A DNA stretch of 64,000 nt from a bacterium (lineage in GTDB: Bacteria > Patescibacteriota > Dojkabacteria > SC72 > WJKH01): positions 42,796-106,795 of the forward strand of contig JAKPPS010000040.1 in assembly GCA_029547225.1 (NCBI GenBank), read 5' to 3'. A program made the translations under genes and the position numbers. How positions within the stretch are numbered: position 1 is the stretch's first letter; each line of letters starts with the position of its first letter. A model generated the notes under the pieces. The model saw only the letters and a program-made list of their open reading frames with translations, was not told where the DNA came from and did not search any database. This document shows positions 51,010-60,580 of the stretch, one piece after another.

Positions 51010-52053
51010 TTATTTGACCTTTTCACTATTAACTTCTTCAATATCGCTTTCAACCATTATTTTTACGAGATCTTCAAATTTCGTTTTTGCCTCCCATCCA
51101 AGTATTTTTTTAGCTTTACTACAGTCACCGATCAACAAATCCACTTCAGAAGGTCTAAAATATCTTTCGTCAATCTCAATGATAGTCTTTCCAGTTTTTT
51201 TGTCGATACCCTTCTCCTGCATTCCCTTACCATTCCATTCGATATCTATATCCAATATTTTTGCTGCAGCTTCAACGCACTCTCTTACTGAATGAGTTTC
51301 GCCTGTAGCTAAAACAAAATCATCTGGTTTATCCTGCTGCAACATCATCCACATACCTTCCACATAATCTTTTGCATAACCCCAGTCTCTTTTTGATTCA
51401 AGATTTCCAAGATAAAGCTTTTCTTCCAAGCCCATTTTTATCCTTGTAAGCCCTCTTGTAATCTTTTTAGTTACAAAAGTCCCGCCTCTTCTTGGAGATT
51501 CATGATTAAATAAGATACCATTTGTAGCGAAAATATCATAACTTTCTCGATAATTTACAGTAATCCAATAAGCATATACTTTTGCACAACCATATGGGCT
51601 TCGTGGATAAAATGGAGTTGTTTCTTTTTGAGGTATTTCTTGAACTTTACCAAACATCTCAGAAGAAGATGCCTGATAATATTTTGTTTTGATTTTTGTA
51701 TCTTTTATAGCATCAAGTATACGTAATGCACCGAGTGCTACAACATCAGAAGTGTATTCAGGCATATCAAAACTTACCTTTACATGGCTTTGAGCACCAA
51801 GATTATATATTTCATCAGGATTAACTTTCTCAATAATCCTAGAAATATTGCTACTATCTGACAAATCTCCATAGTGAAGGAACAGCTTCACACCGTTAAC
51901 ATGTGGATCTTGATAAAGATGATCTATACGACTTGTATTAAATGTGGAAGCTCGTCGAAGTAATCCGTGAACTTCATAACCTTTACTGAGAAGCAATTCT
52001 GTAAGATAACTACCATCTTGTCCTGTAATACCTGTGATTAATGCTTTTTTCAT
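51010..52053 (-). CDS. gmd: GDP-mannose 4,6-dehydratase
   Basis: '[36 protein letters not shown]', '[10 protein letters not shown]', '[12 protein letters not shown]', a typical Gmd short-chain dehydrogenase. 347 aa. Confidence 0.95.
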   Translation of the reverse strand: MKKALITGITGQDGSYLTELLLSKGYEVHGLLRRASTFNTSRIDHLYQDPHVNGVKLFLHYGDLSDSSNISRIIEKVNPDEIYNLGAQSHVKVSFDMPEYTSDVVALGALRILDAIKDTKIKTKYYQASSSEMFGKVQEIPQKETTPFYPRSPYGCAKVYAYWITVNYRESYDIFATNGILFNHESPRRGGTFVTKKITRGLTRIKMGLEEKLYLGNLESKRDWGYAKDYVEGMWMMLQQDKPDDFVLATGETHSVRECVEAAAKILDIDIEWNGKGMQEKGIDKKTGKTIIEIDERYFRPSEVDLLIGDCSKAKKILGWEAKTKFEDLVKIMVESDIEEVNSEKVK

Positions 52054-52207
52054 ATTTATACTTTTTAATTTATAGCGATAATTTATATCTTATTTCATAA
52101 ATAATATCAATAAGAATTCATTCTTATGATTCAAGGATTACTTCCCAAAATCTAATAATTTCTTTGTCTCCAATTGCGCCCGCTAAATTGTATTCAGAAA
52201 AAATATA

Positions 52208-53149
52208 CTATTTCTTAATATCAACATAATTATTTACAAACCAATCGTATGTCATTTTAATACCCTCTTTTAACTCGATGTTATGTTTCCATCCAAGTCC
52301 ATGTAATCTACTCACATCAAGTAATTTTCGAGGAGTACCATCAGGTTTACTCTTATCCCAGACTATTTCCCCTGTAAATCCGACAATATCTTTGATCGTT
52401 TCAGCCAACTCTTTAATCGTTACATCAATACCTGTACCGATATTTACTATTTCAGATTCATCATAGTTATTCATAAGATAGACTACTGCATCAGCAAGAT
52501 CATCTACATAAAGAAATTCTCGCATTGGTGATCCTGTACCCCACAATGTAACGCTCTCTGCATTAGTTTCTTTTGCTTCATGAAATTTCCTTATCATAGC
52601 AGGCAAGACATGACTTGTTTCCAAATTGAAGTTATCGTTCTGACCATAAAGATTTGTCGGCATTACAGAAATATACTTTGTACCGTATTGCTCGTTAAAG
52701 CTCTGACACATTTTAATACCTGCAATTTTTGCAATCGCATAAGCATCATTAGTTTCTTCTAGAGGACCAGTCATAAGATATTCCTCTTTGATCGGCTGTG
52801 TGGCTAATTTAGGATATATGCACGAACTACCTAGAAACAATAGTTTCTTTACATTATTTTTATAGGAAGCATAAATAACATTATTTTGTATCTGCAGGTT
52901 GATATAAATAAAGTCAGCTTTATGTGTCTTGTTAGCTAAAATACCTCCAACATGAGCTGCGGCCAAAAAGACATATTCTGGCTTCTCCTGTACGAAAAAG
53001 TCCATAGTTGCTTTCTGATCTGTCAAATCAAGCTCCGTAGAGTCACGAAATACTAGATTAGTATAGCCATGACTTTGAAGTTTACGAGTAATTGCTGATC
53101 CAACAAGACCTTTGTGACCTGCAACAAAAATTTTTGAGTTTTTATCCAT
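52208..53149 (-). CDS. fcl: GDP-L-fucose synthase (GDP-4-keto-6-deoxymannose 3,5-epimerase/4-reductase)
   Basis: '[19 protein letters not shown]', '[10 protein letters not shown]', '[15 protein letters not shown]', '[11 protein letters not shown]'. 313 aa. Confidence 0.9.
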   Translation of the reverse strand: MDKNSKIFVAGHKGLVGSAITRKLQSHGYTNLVFRDSTELDLTDQKATMDFFVQEKPEYVFLAAAHVGGILANKTHKADFIYINLQIQNNVIYASYKNNVKKLLFLGSSCIYPKLATQPIKEEYLMTGPLEETNDAYAIAKIAGIKMCQSFNEQYGTKYISVMPTNLYGQNDNFNLETSHVLPAMIRKFHEAKETNAESVTLWGTGSPMREFLYVDDLADAVVYLMNNYDESEIVNIGTGIDVTIKELAETIKDIVGFTGEIVWDKSKPDGTPRKLLDVSRLHGLGWKHNIELKEGIKMTYDWFVNNYVDIKK

Positions 53150-53580
53150 ATTTTTTATTAATAAATTAGCAAACGCACCGATTTTCGATTAGTAATTGTA
53201 CCATTTTTATAAATTATTTCCATAAATTATTGCTTGTATCTTTTTTTGTAACCATGCATATTGCATGCAAATAGCACATACCATTACAATCCAAGTTTTA
53301 TATCGCTCACTGAGCGTTATCACGTTAAATAGTATATTCTTCTGACAAAAATAGTGGTTAAAAAATAAGCCATTTGTTATTTTCAGGAATGTGAATAAGA
53401 TACTCGATCTGCAATACTCTCGGTTTGTAATGGAGATGTATTAAAGACCACCACTAAGGTCGGTTACATTAACCATATTTTTGGTCAAGCAAAAAGTTTA
53501 TTAATAAATCATTTTTTACCGTTTCGCATCTGTTACTTCTGGTTTTGTTTGTTCCAGTCGAATCAAATCATAAATTTAAA

Positions 53581-54600
53581 TTATTTCAAACTTTTTCTAT
53601 TTACTTTTTTTAAATTTTTTTCTAAAGATTTAATACTTTCAAGATATGCTTTCTCTACAGGTGACAGTGTTTTTACCTGATACTTTTTGTATTCACTTTC
53701 TGCCTTTTTCAATGCCTGATCATGACTTATACTCCCTGCAGTAAGCAATTTACCTTTGCCATATATTCCTACAAATTTTTCAAGCTCACTTAACCAATCT
53801 CTCATGCTCATCCTTTGTTGCTCTATTGCTTTCAACTCAGCTAAATCGAAAAATGCCGACACAAGTCGATTTAGCCTTTGCAGCTCATCAGAACTTAAGT
53901 AATTCTTAGCAACTTCAATCTCTTTTTTTATTGGAATTGGGCCAGAGAAAGTCGTTAATCCCATAAACTCTTTTTCTGCATCCGCTCTAGAATATATCAG
54001 TTCTGGAGCTGTTTGTTTATTAACTGCATAATGAAGTTTTTTCTGAACAGTCGCAAAGAATTTTCTCGACTCTTTACTATTTGGATCATAATCAACACTT
54101 GTTGCATAGAGATCAAGCACCTGTCTGTACAACACTTTTTCACTACTGCGGATATCACGAATTCTATCCAGTAACTCTTTCCAGTAATTCCCGCCTGCAT
54201 TTCCTTTCAACTTTTCATCATCTATTGTAAATCCTTTGATGATATACTCTGTTAACCTTTGTGTTGCCCACTTACGAAATTCTGTACCCCTAAGTGATTT
54301 TACTCTGTAACCAACTGATATTATTACGTCGAGGTTGTAGTATTCAAGATCACGAGTGACATCCCTACTACCTTCTTTTTGAACTTGGCGGAAATTCCGC
54401 CTGGTTGAATTTACTTCAAGTTCAGATTCTTTATATATATTTTGAATATGCTCACCAATAGTTCTTCGAGCTTTATCAAAGAGTAATGCCATCTGTTCTT
54501 GAGTCAACCAAACAGTTTCGTCTTCTAAAATTACATCAATAGTAATTTTTTCATCACTTGTTCTAAACAGTATGATCTCTGAATTGCTATTTTTATCCAT
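53581..54600 (-). CDS. rhuM: RhuM-family protein (virulence/defence-island associated)
   Basis: N-terminal 'EIILFRTSDEKITIDVILEDETVWLTQEQMALLFDKARRTIGEHIQNIYKESEL' matches the conserved RhuM start. It is flanked by roughly 430-bp non-coding regions on both sides. Confidence 0.65.
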   Translation of the reverse strand: MDKNSNSEIILFRTSDEKITIDVILEDETVWLTQEQMALLFDKARRTIGEHIQNIYKESELEVNSTRRNFRQVQKEGSRDVTRDLEYYNLDVIISVGYRVKSLRGTEFRKWATQRLTEYIIKGFTIDDEKLKGNAGGNYWKELLDRIRDIRSSEKVLYRQVLDLYATSVDYDPNSKESRKFFATVQKKLHYAVNKQTAPELIYSRADAEKEFMGLTTFSGPIPIKKEIEVAKNYLSSDELQRLNRLVSAFFDLAELKAIEQQRMSMRDWLSELEKFVGIYGKGKLLTAGSISHDQALKKAESEYKKYQVKTLSPVEKAYLESIKSLEKNLKKVNRKSLK

Positions 54601-55035
54601 AATAATAATTATATATAAGAATTATTAATAATTTCTTAAATTCTGATTACTTAATTACTTTCCAATTATCTAAATGTAATGCTTCGCATTGTGTCTTCTC
54701 ACTAAATCGCAAGTAGTTTTCAATCGGAAATGATATGGCTCATTCGTCTTGAAAAAAAATCATCTCAGTATCCAGATTGCCTAAGTAAAATATACTATCA
54801 CGATATATTATATTTACTCGATATCTTTACAATATACGACTTCAAGAATCATTTTATTATCTAACAACTCCTCAAGCTTGTGAACAGGCTGTATTAAGAA
54901 TTTATCAGCATCTTCCCTATGTAAAACAAAAGTAAAAAAAGATTAAATTTTTTATATCTTTCCGACGATACTTTGCAAATATCTGATTATATTCAGTTAG
55001 AGTACTTAAGATATTAATTGTACTCTAAACAGATT

Positions 55036-56283
55036 TTATGAATTCGCTTTTTTTAACTGTTCTTGCTTGACACTCAATATACTTCCCAAGACTACAAGCA
55101 AAATGATCACATAATATGTTATACCTGCAAATGGTAGCAACATTATTATTGAACTAAATAACTGACCGGCTAATAATGATATTACCAAGCTTTTGTTTGC
55201 TATTGATGGTTTGTTCAATGCTTTACTAGTTAATCCTAATAAGACTTGTCCTATTGCGATATTAAAGAATATTAGATTTACACTTATAACTAGAATCGCA
55301 ATTATGAAAGCTACATTTAATATTGGTGCGAATAATTGACCAATTGGGAAATTTATAATCAAGCCTAAAAATGATAATCCAATTAATATTGTTGATCCAA
55401 ACACACACACTGCCATCACCAATACGCCTTTTCCTAAAGATAAACCGAAATTATCCCAGCTTCCGTTAATATTCTTTACTATCGAATACGTTTTAACAGG
55501 GAAAAATTTGATTATCAAGTAGCCCAATGCAAAAGTACCTACGAATTTGAATACAAACGATGCAATTGCTATCATTATATTCTCAAAAGAATATTTATTA
55601 GCTATTGTTATTTGCTCTTCATTTTGTTCTGAGGAGATTTCCTCGCGTAAGAAAGCAAACCTACTGTCAAGTAGTTCACCTTTTGTATCAGTGCCAAGAT
55701 TTATTATTTTTGTTCCTGTAATTTTTTCCTGATTAATACTTCCAAATTGTGCACCCAATAATAGGTCTCCACCTATCTCCGAATCGATGCTTACTGTATT
55801 TGATGCAATCCGCAAATCTTCACCAATAATACCAGCTATCTCAGAATCATATGTAGCAACAAATGCGCTCTCTTCAACCTCAGCTTTTGATATTGCTCTC
55901 TGACCAGCTATAAAAATGTCTCTACCTACAGTACCATCAATATTTATTATATTTCCAGCACAATAAATAGACTTATCTGTATTTCCAGTAAATGTAATTG
56001 TATTCCCGAAAATTATTACGTTGCCTGATATCTCTCCTGTTACATTGACCGTATTCCCGAATATTATCAAATCTCCATTAATTCTTCCATCAACATTTAC
56101 ATTTTCTCCTGAATTTTCTGAAGGTATTATATATACATCATCATTGACGATTTCATCAGCAGATACTGTTGTATTGTCTCTACGCAATTCTAGTGCATAC
56201 GAATTTGTTGGGTTTGATAGGGATAATACTGATAACATTGACAAGGCAATTATTGATATACCTAGTATCTCTTTTATTTTCAT
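55036..56283 (-). CDS. Secreted/membrane protein with bactofilin-like beta-helical repeats and C-terminal polytopic TM domain
   Basis: Signal peptide 'ISIIALSMLSVLSLSNPTNSYA'. Repeats 'GDLIIFGNTVNVTGEISGNVIIFGNTITFTGNTDKSIYCAGNIINIDGTVGRDIFIAGQ' fit the bactofilin/polymer-forming cytoskeletal pattern. About 6 C-terminal TM helices. Confidence 0.45.
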   Translation of the reverse strand: MKIKEILGISIIALSMLSVLSLSNPTNSYALELRRDNTTVSADEIVNDDVYIIPSENSGENVNVDGRINGDLIIFGNTVNVTGEISGNVIIFGNTITFTGNTDKSIYCAGNIINIDGTVGRDIFIAGQRAISKAEVEESAFVATYDSEIAGIIGEDLRIASNTVSIDSEIGGDLLLGAQFGSINQEKITGTKIINLGTDTKGELLDSRFAFLREEISSEQNEEQITIANKYSFENIMIAIASFVFKFVGTFALGYLIIKFFPVKTYSIVKNINGSWDNFGLSLGKGVLVMAVCVFGSTILIGLSFLGLIINFPIGQLFAPILNVAFIIAILVISVNLIFFNIAIGQVLLGLTSKALNKPSIANKSLVISLLAGQLFSSIIMLLPFAGITYYVIILLVVLGSILSVKQEQLKKANS

Positions 56284-56485
56284 TTATATAAATAAATAAC
56301 TTAATAATAAAAATATATCATAATTTCATAACCGAATGCAATTTAAGAGGATATTATTAAGGTCTTTTATAGCAAAAATAGTACTTCCATCATTACGAAA
56401 ATATCAATTCTCTTCTTTCGCTTAAAAATCTATATCGTATAGAGTTATCTAGCTGAATGTTCTCCACAAAGAATCACACTACTCT

Positions 56486-57931
56486 CTATTTCTTGCCGAA
56501 GAAATCTATTGCAACCCGTAATTCTGGATGAGTTTTCGAATACTCCTCTATTGATACTTTTTGTTGCCATGCTTCACATGCTTGTACCAAAGCTTTTGCT
56601 CCGCTTCGAGTACCCTGTGGATGACTATGAACTCCAGCCCCCATTGTTGTTATAAAGTCAACATCCTGCATAGCATCTATAAATGGTGCGAGCAAAACCG
56701 GATTTAAACCTCCTGAGATTATTGGACATGTTTTCTTCATTTTTCTCCAATCCTGAATAAAGTGCTTTGATCTTACTGAATCGAGAAGATGGTAATTAAC
56801 TTTGTTTTGAGCTTTTTTCTCTTTTTCGATCCAATCCTTATCGATGAAACGATTTACAAAAAGTTCACGACTCACATCATCATCCTTCTCATTTACTTTA
56901 TACCAACTTTGCTCAAAAAAATGTCCGTCACTTTCAATATCAAGTGCCAATTTCGCAGCAACAATATCTTCACCTACAGATCCAGACATTTTACCTATGC
57001 CTGCTGTTCCAGTATGGATACCAGATGCGCCAGCTAATCGAGCTAGTTTTGTCAAAACAGGAACTGTCATACCGAATGGATTTTCAAGCCTTGTAAATGC
57101 ACCATGTCCTGCTCTATGAAAATGTAAAAATACTTCTGGGTATCTTCTACGAATTGTTTGAACAGCTGTCCAGCCAGCAGTTATGCCATCGACCAAAAAA
57201 GCATAACTTCCCGGTTTCATCGTTTTCTTAACTAACTCAGCTCTCTCAATCATTTGATCGAAATCTGCCGCAGAAACATTAAAAGAATGAACCTTTGTCT
57301 GTCCAGTTACTTTTTCTGCTTCATCCATAGCTTGTCTTACATACTTGACCATAGATTCATAATCGCAGAAATCCTGATTTGCTTGAGGTTCATCATTCTT
57401 CACAAAAGCACCTCCACCCGACCAAAAGTCAAAGCATACTTCAGCATACTCAGATGATGTTAATCCAATTTTTGGTTTAATAATAGTACCTAAAATTGGG
57501 ATATCATATAAATCCAAATATTGACGCATATTATCGATAGTGTATGAAGGACCGTCATATTGATCTAGCATAGAAGATGGAAACCAAACATCAAGAAGTT
57601 TACATGCTGAAAGATTCCCCATACCCAAAATATTTCCATTGATGTAGGTTATGATGTTTTGTACATTTCCTCCTCTATCAAATATTCTCCAAGGGAATGC
57701 AATCCATACTAGTTTTTTCTCTCGATCAATATTATAAACTATTGCATTTAATGAGTCAGAGAATCTTGTAGATGTACCAATATTTATATTTGATCCTGTA
57801 GAAGATTCTGCAGCTATCTCAGATGCGGCATCAAGCAGCTCATCACGATAAGTATCTACATGAAAGACAGCCAACATATATTGGTCATTAAATACTTCAT
57901 TTGTACCGAGTTTGATATATTTAGTTTGCAT
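56486..57931 (-). CDS. rbcL: Ribulose-1,5-bisphosphate carboxylase/oxygenase large subunit, archaeal-type (form III or II/III)
   Basis: 'AAESSTG', 'IIKPKIGLTSSEYAEVCFDFWSGGGAFVKNDE' (KPK plus carbamyl-Lys KxDE), 'HFHRAGHGAFTR', 'GIHTGTAGIGKMSGS', 'ISGGLNPV...TTMGAGVHSHPQG', 'SIEEYSKTHPELRVAIDFFG'. It aligns along its length with T. kodakarensis RbcL except for one roughly 40-aa insert. There is no small subunit gene nearby. Confidence 0.88.
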   Translation of the reverse strand: MQTKYIKLGTNEVFNDQYMLAVFHVDTYRDELLDAASEIAAESSTGSNINIGTSTRFSDSLNAIVYNIDREKKLVWIAFPWRIFDRGGNVQNIITYINGNILGMGNLSACKLLDVWFPSSMLDQYDGPSYTIDNMRQYLDLYDIPILGTIIKPKIGLTSSEYAEVCFDFWSGGGAFVKNDEPQANQDFCDYESMVKYVRQAMDEAEKVTGQTKVHSFNVSAADFDQMIERAELVKKTMKPGSYAFLVDGITAGWTAVQTIRRRYPEVFLHFHRAGHGAFTRLENPFGMTVPVLTKLARLAGASGIHTGTAGIGKMSGSVGEDIVAAKLALDIESDGHFFEQSWYKVNEKDDDVSRELFVNRFIDKDWIEKEKKAQNKVNYHLLDSVRSKHFIQDWRKMKKTCPIISGGLNPVLLAPFIDAMQDVDFITTMGAGVHSHPQGTRSGAKALVQACEAWQQKVSIEEYSKTHPELRVAIDFFGKK

Positions 57932-58023
57932 AATAGGCAGTTGTTCAATTTATTATTTGATAATATCATTTTAGAATAAATTTTTCTACTCTGAAATTTC
58001 AGTGATTTATTTCATATCCTCAA

Positions 58024-58047
58024 TATGTACCATATATGGTACATATA
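58024..58047. promoter_or_regulatory. 24-bp perfect palindrome ATATGTACCATATATGGTACATAT in the divergent rbcL / M14-peptidase intergenic region; candidate operator
   Basis: I read it directly at 58024-58047. It is self-complementary over all 24 nt, 118 bp upstream of rbcL (minus strand) and about 50 bp upstream of the plus-strand gene. Confidence 0.3.
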
Positions 58048-58096
58048 AGCTTATGAATAAAACTATGATATAATTTCTAAATTTTATCTGATAAAA

Positions 58097-59713
58097 ATGA
58101 AAATGAAGAAATTTGCATTAATACTTTTAATTATTTTTTCAACGTTAGCACTTGGAGCTGTTATTGCATACTTTTTTTTCTCAAACAATTATCGAAATAC
58201 AAAGAGCATCACAGTAGATTTTGGTCAAAACGCTTGTATAGAAGAAGATTATTTTTTACCAAATTTATTAAATTTTGTCGAAGCAAGACAGATTCCAGCT
58301 TATGATAATTCAGAGATATCTGAAGAAAATGCCAATGAAACTCAGAATGGCGAAAATGAAAATATCAATAACGATAATATTGTGTGGAAGATAGATAGAG
58401 AGAATTTTGGATTTAAAAATAGCAAAATATGTTTTTCCCCTAATAGCAAGCTAAAACCTGAGACACAATATTATCTGAAGTACCAATGGCTATTTCAAGA
58501 TTTTGAAATAATTATCAATGTAAAAGATATTGAGCATATTATTAACTACGATTCATTTGAGGACTCAAATGGAGAAAGTCTCACTTTTCGTTCAGACACA
58601 GAAAATATGGATTACGAAAGTACCATCCTTATCAACAATGAAAAAATTACTAATCAATGCACCCAACAAAATGAGATTACAGAATGTAAGATAAAAAGTG
58701 AAGAAGTAAAAAATTTGCTTAGGTCATATTCATCAGAAGAAAACACCACAATAAAAATTGAAATAAGAGGTACATACAAAGAGGAAATCGAAATAGAAAT
58801 TCTATCAGGTTTGGCAAGATATCAAGGAGAAAAATACTTAGGCTTTATAGATTTTAACAATGGATATGGCGTTGATAAAAGTGGCCAAGCCATGATACTT
58901 GGCTATACAGAAAAGAATGTCCCAATCCATGGATATATAATTAACAGAAGCATCTGCGAAAATATTATCAACAATGGCGGTTCAGATAGTAAAAATAATC
59001 TTGCTGATTCAAAAGAAAATTTTGATGAGAGCATTAATAATACTTTTTTTTACTTTGGTGCAATCCATGGAAACGAAGCAAATACGGCTCATCTAGTTGA
59101 TAAATGGAAGAGTGATTTAATACAGCATTGCAACTCAATTCCGCAAAATACAAATATAATTATTTTGCCTTCTATAAATCCAGATGGTGTTGCAATTAAT
59201 AACAGATTTAATAGCAATTCAGTCGATCTCAATCGTAACTTCGATACGAAGGATTGGCAACAGATTACTTACTTAACAGATGGTAAAACATTTCTAAACG
59301 GCGGAGGTAACCATCCTTTTTCTGAAAAGGAAACACAATTAATTCGAGATATTATCTTGCTTACTAGACCAGAATTAACTATATCTTTTCATTCATGGGG
59401 AAGAGTTATTGTGCCAGCAGATATAAATAATTCTTACACATACGCCAATTATTACTCTGATTATTCGGGCTACTATGTCGAGGATATCACTGCAAGTGCT
59501 GAGGACAGTTCATTTAATTATGTTACAACAGGATCATTTAATGTGTGGATGGCAAGCAATAAATTATCTGCGCTAACTATAGAACTTTGGGATTTAGAAA
59601 ATGATGACTGGGGTCGAAACCGACTTGCTTTATGGGATACGATTTCTGATATTAACAAACTTTCTTTTCTAAATGACGATATAAAGAAGCATCAAGATAA
59701 AAACGCACAATAA
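58097..59713 (+). CDS. Membrane-anchored M14-family zinc carboxypeptidase-like protein
   Basis: N-terminal TM 'FALILLIIFSTLALGAVIAYFFF'. 'FYFGAIHGNEANTAH' is the HxxE zinc motif. 'PSINPDGVAINNRFNSNSVDLNRNF' is the M14 'N.DG..R.N..GVDLNRNF' motif. 'SFHSWG' may provide the second His. Confidence 0.65.
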   Translation: MKMKKFALILLIIFSTLALGAVIAYFFFSNNYRNTKSITVDFGQNACIEEDYFLPNLLNFVEARQIPAYDNSEISEENANETQNGENENINNDNIVWKIDRENFGFKNSKICFSPNSKLKPETQYYLKYQWLFQDFEIIINVKDIEHIINYDSFEDSNGESLTFRSDTENMDYESTILINNEKITNQCTQQNEITECKIKSEEVKNLLRSYSSEENTTIKIEIRGTYKEEIEIEILSGLARYQGEKYLGFIDFNNGYGVDKSGQAMILGYTEKNVPIHGYIINRSICENIINNGGSDSKNNLADSKENFDESINNTFFYFGAIHGNEANTAHLVDKWKSDLIQHCNSIPQNTNIIILPSINPDGVAINNRFNSNSVDLNRNFDTKDWQQITYLTDGKTFLNGGGNHPFSEKETQLIRDIILLTRPELTISFHSWGRVIVPADINNSYTYANYYSDYSGYYVEDITASAEDSSFNYVTTGSFNVWMASNKLSALTIELWDLENDDWGRNRLALWDTISDINKLSFLNDDIKKHQDKNAQ

Positions 59714-59763
59714 GAAGCGTGAATACACTTGTATATCTTTTAGAAATTAAAATAGGTAGCAGG

Positions 59764-59961
59764 TTATTCTAGACAGCAATCGACTTTATCCTTTACCCAT
59801 TTTCCTAGGCTTCCCCAGAAGTTAGAGCTTTTTGAAGCACTATCATTGTCTTCAGAGCCACTATCCGTATTTTTTATATTTCTAACTTCAGTCAGTTTAC
59901 TCTTTTCAACTGTATTTACAGTGATTTTTGATTGTTTCTTCTTTGAGTTTTTCTTTTCCAT
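59764..59961 (-). CDS. Hypothetical small Lys-rich protein
   Basis: 65 aa, basic N-terminal half, C-terminal 'CCLE'. No motif. Confidence 0.2.
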   Translation of the reverse strand: MEKKNSKKKQSKITVNTVEKSKLTEVRNIKNTDSGSEDNDSASKSSNFWGSLGKWVKDKVDCCLE

Positions 59962-59979
59962 TATTATGAAAGCAAAATC

Positions 59980-60435
59980 TTAACTTTCTAAATCTTCCTT
60001 TACTCCTTCTGAATCAATAAGGCCCATATTTAGTCCCCAAAATAATGAATACAATCCATATGCCTTAGCAAAACAGTCCTCAGCTTCTTTTGTTTCGCCC
60101 TGTGCAAGCTTTTTTGTACCGTATTCCATAAGTCGATAACTGGATCCCAATAAATGCTTAGAAATACACCATACTTCTCCTTGATATTCTGGGATTATTT
60201 TCAACATAAGCTCTTTCCTCATTTTTCTTATTTCATCAAGGATTGTGTAATACTTTGATTCACCTGTTTTTGCACCACTAAAAAACAAATGCTCCTCAAT
60301 ATTGATTAGATTCATAATCGCTACAGTTAAATCTTCGTCTGAAGACAGATCAAGCTTATTATCCTTTTTTAATGTGTCATATTTCTCTACAAGTTTATTT
60401 ACTTTATCTATTTCTAACTTGCTTACTTTTGCCAT
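59980..60435 (-). CDS. Hypothetical protein
   Basis: 151 aa, soluble, no recognisable motif. Confidence 0.3.
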   Translation of the reverse strand: MAKVSKLEIDKVNKLVEKYDTLKKDNKLDLSSDEDLTVAIMNLINIEEHLFFSGAKTGESKYYTILDEIRKMRKELMLKIIPEYQGEVWCISKHLLGSSYRLMEYGTKKLAQGETKEAEDCFAKAYGLYSLFWGLNMGLIDSEGVKEDLES

Positions 60436-60580
60436 TATTTTGTAGTTAATATTTTAGTTTTAATAAATCTAATTATGCTTAGACTAATTAGTATTTTATC
60501 ATACTTGCTGAAAAATGTGAAAAACTATAACGTTTTATTAGTTAATAGTTTATGCTAGGAATATTTATCAAGGTTATCTA

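Noticed and set aside
53150-53580. Possible tRNA or other small RNA in the 430-bp gap between fcl and rhuM
   Set aside because: I saw no cloverleaf-compatible segment or T-loop consensus (GTTCGAATC / GATTCGAAC) by eye, here or elsewhere in the window. Only a short GC-rich near-palindrome is present. This needs tRNAscan/Infernal to be sure.
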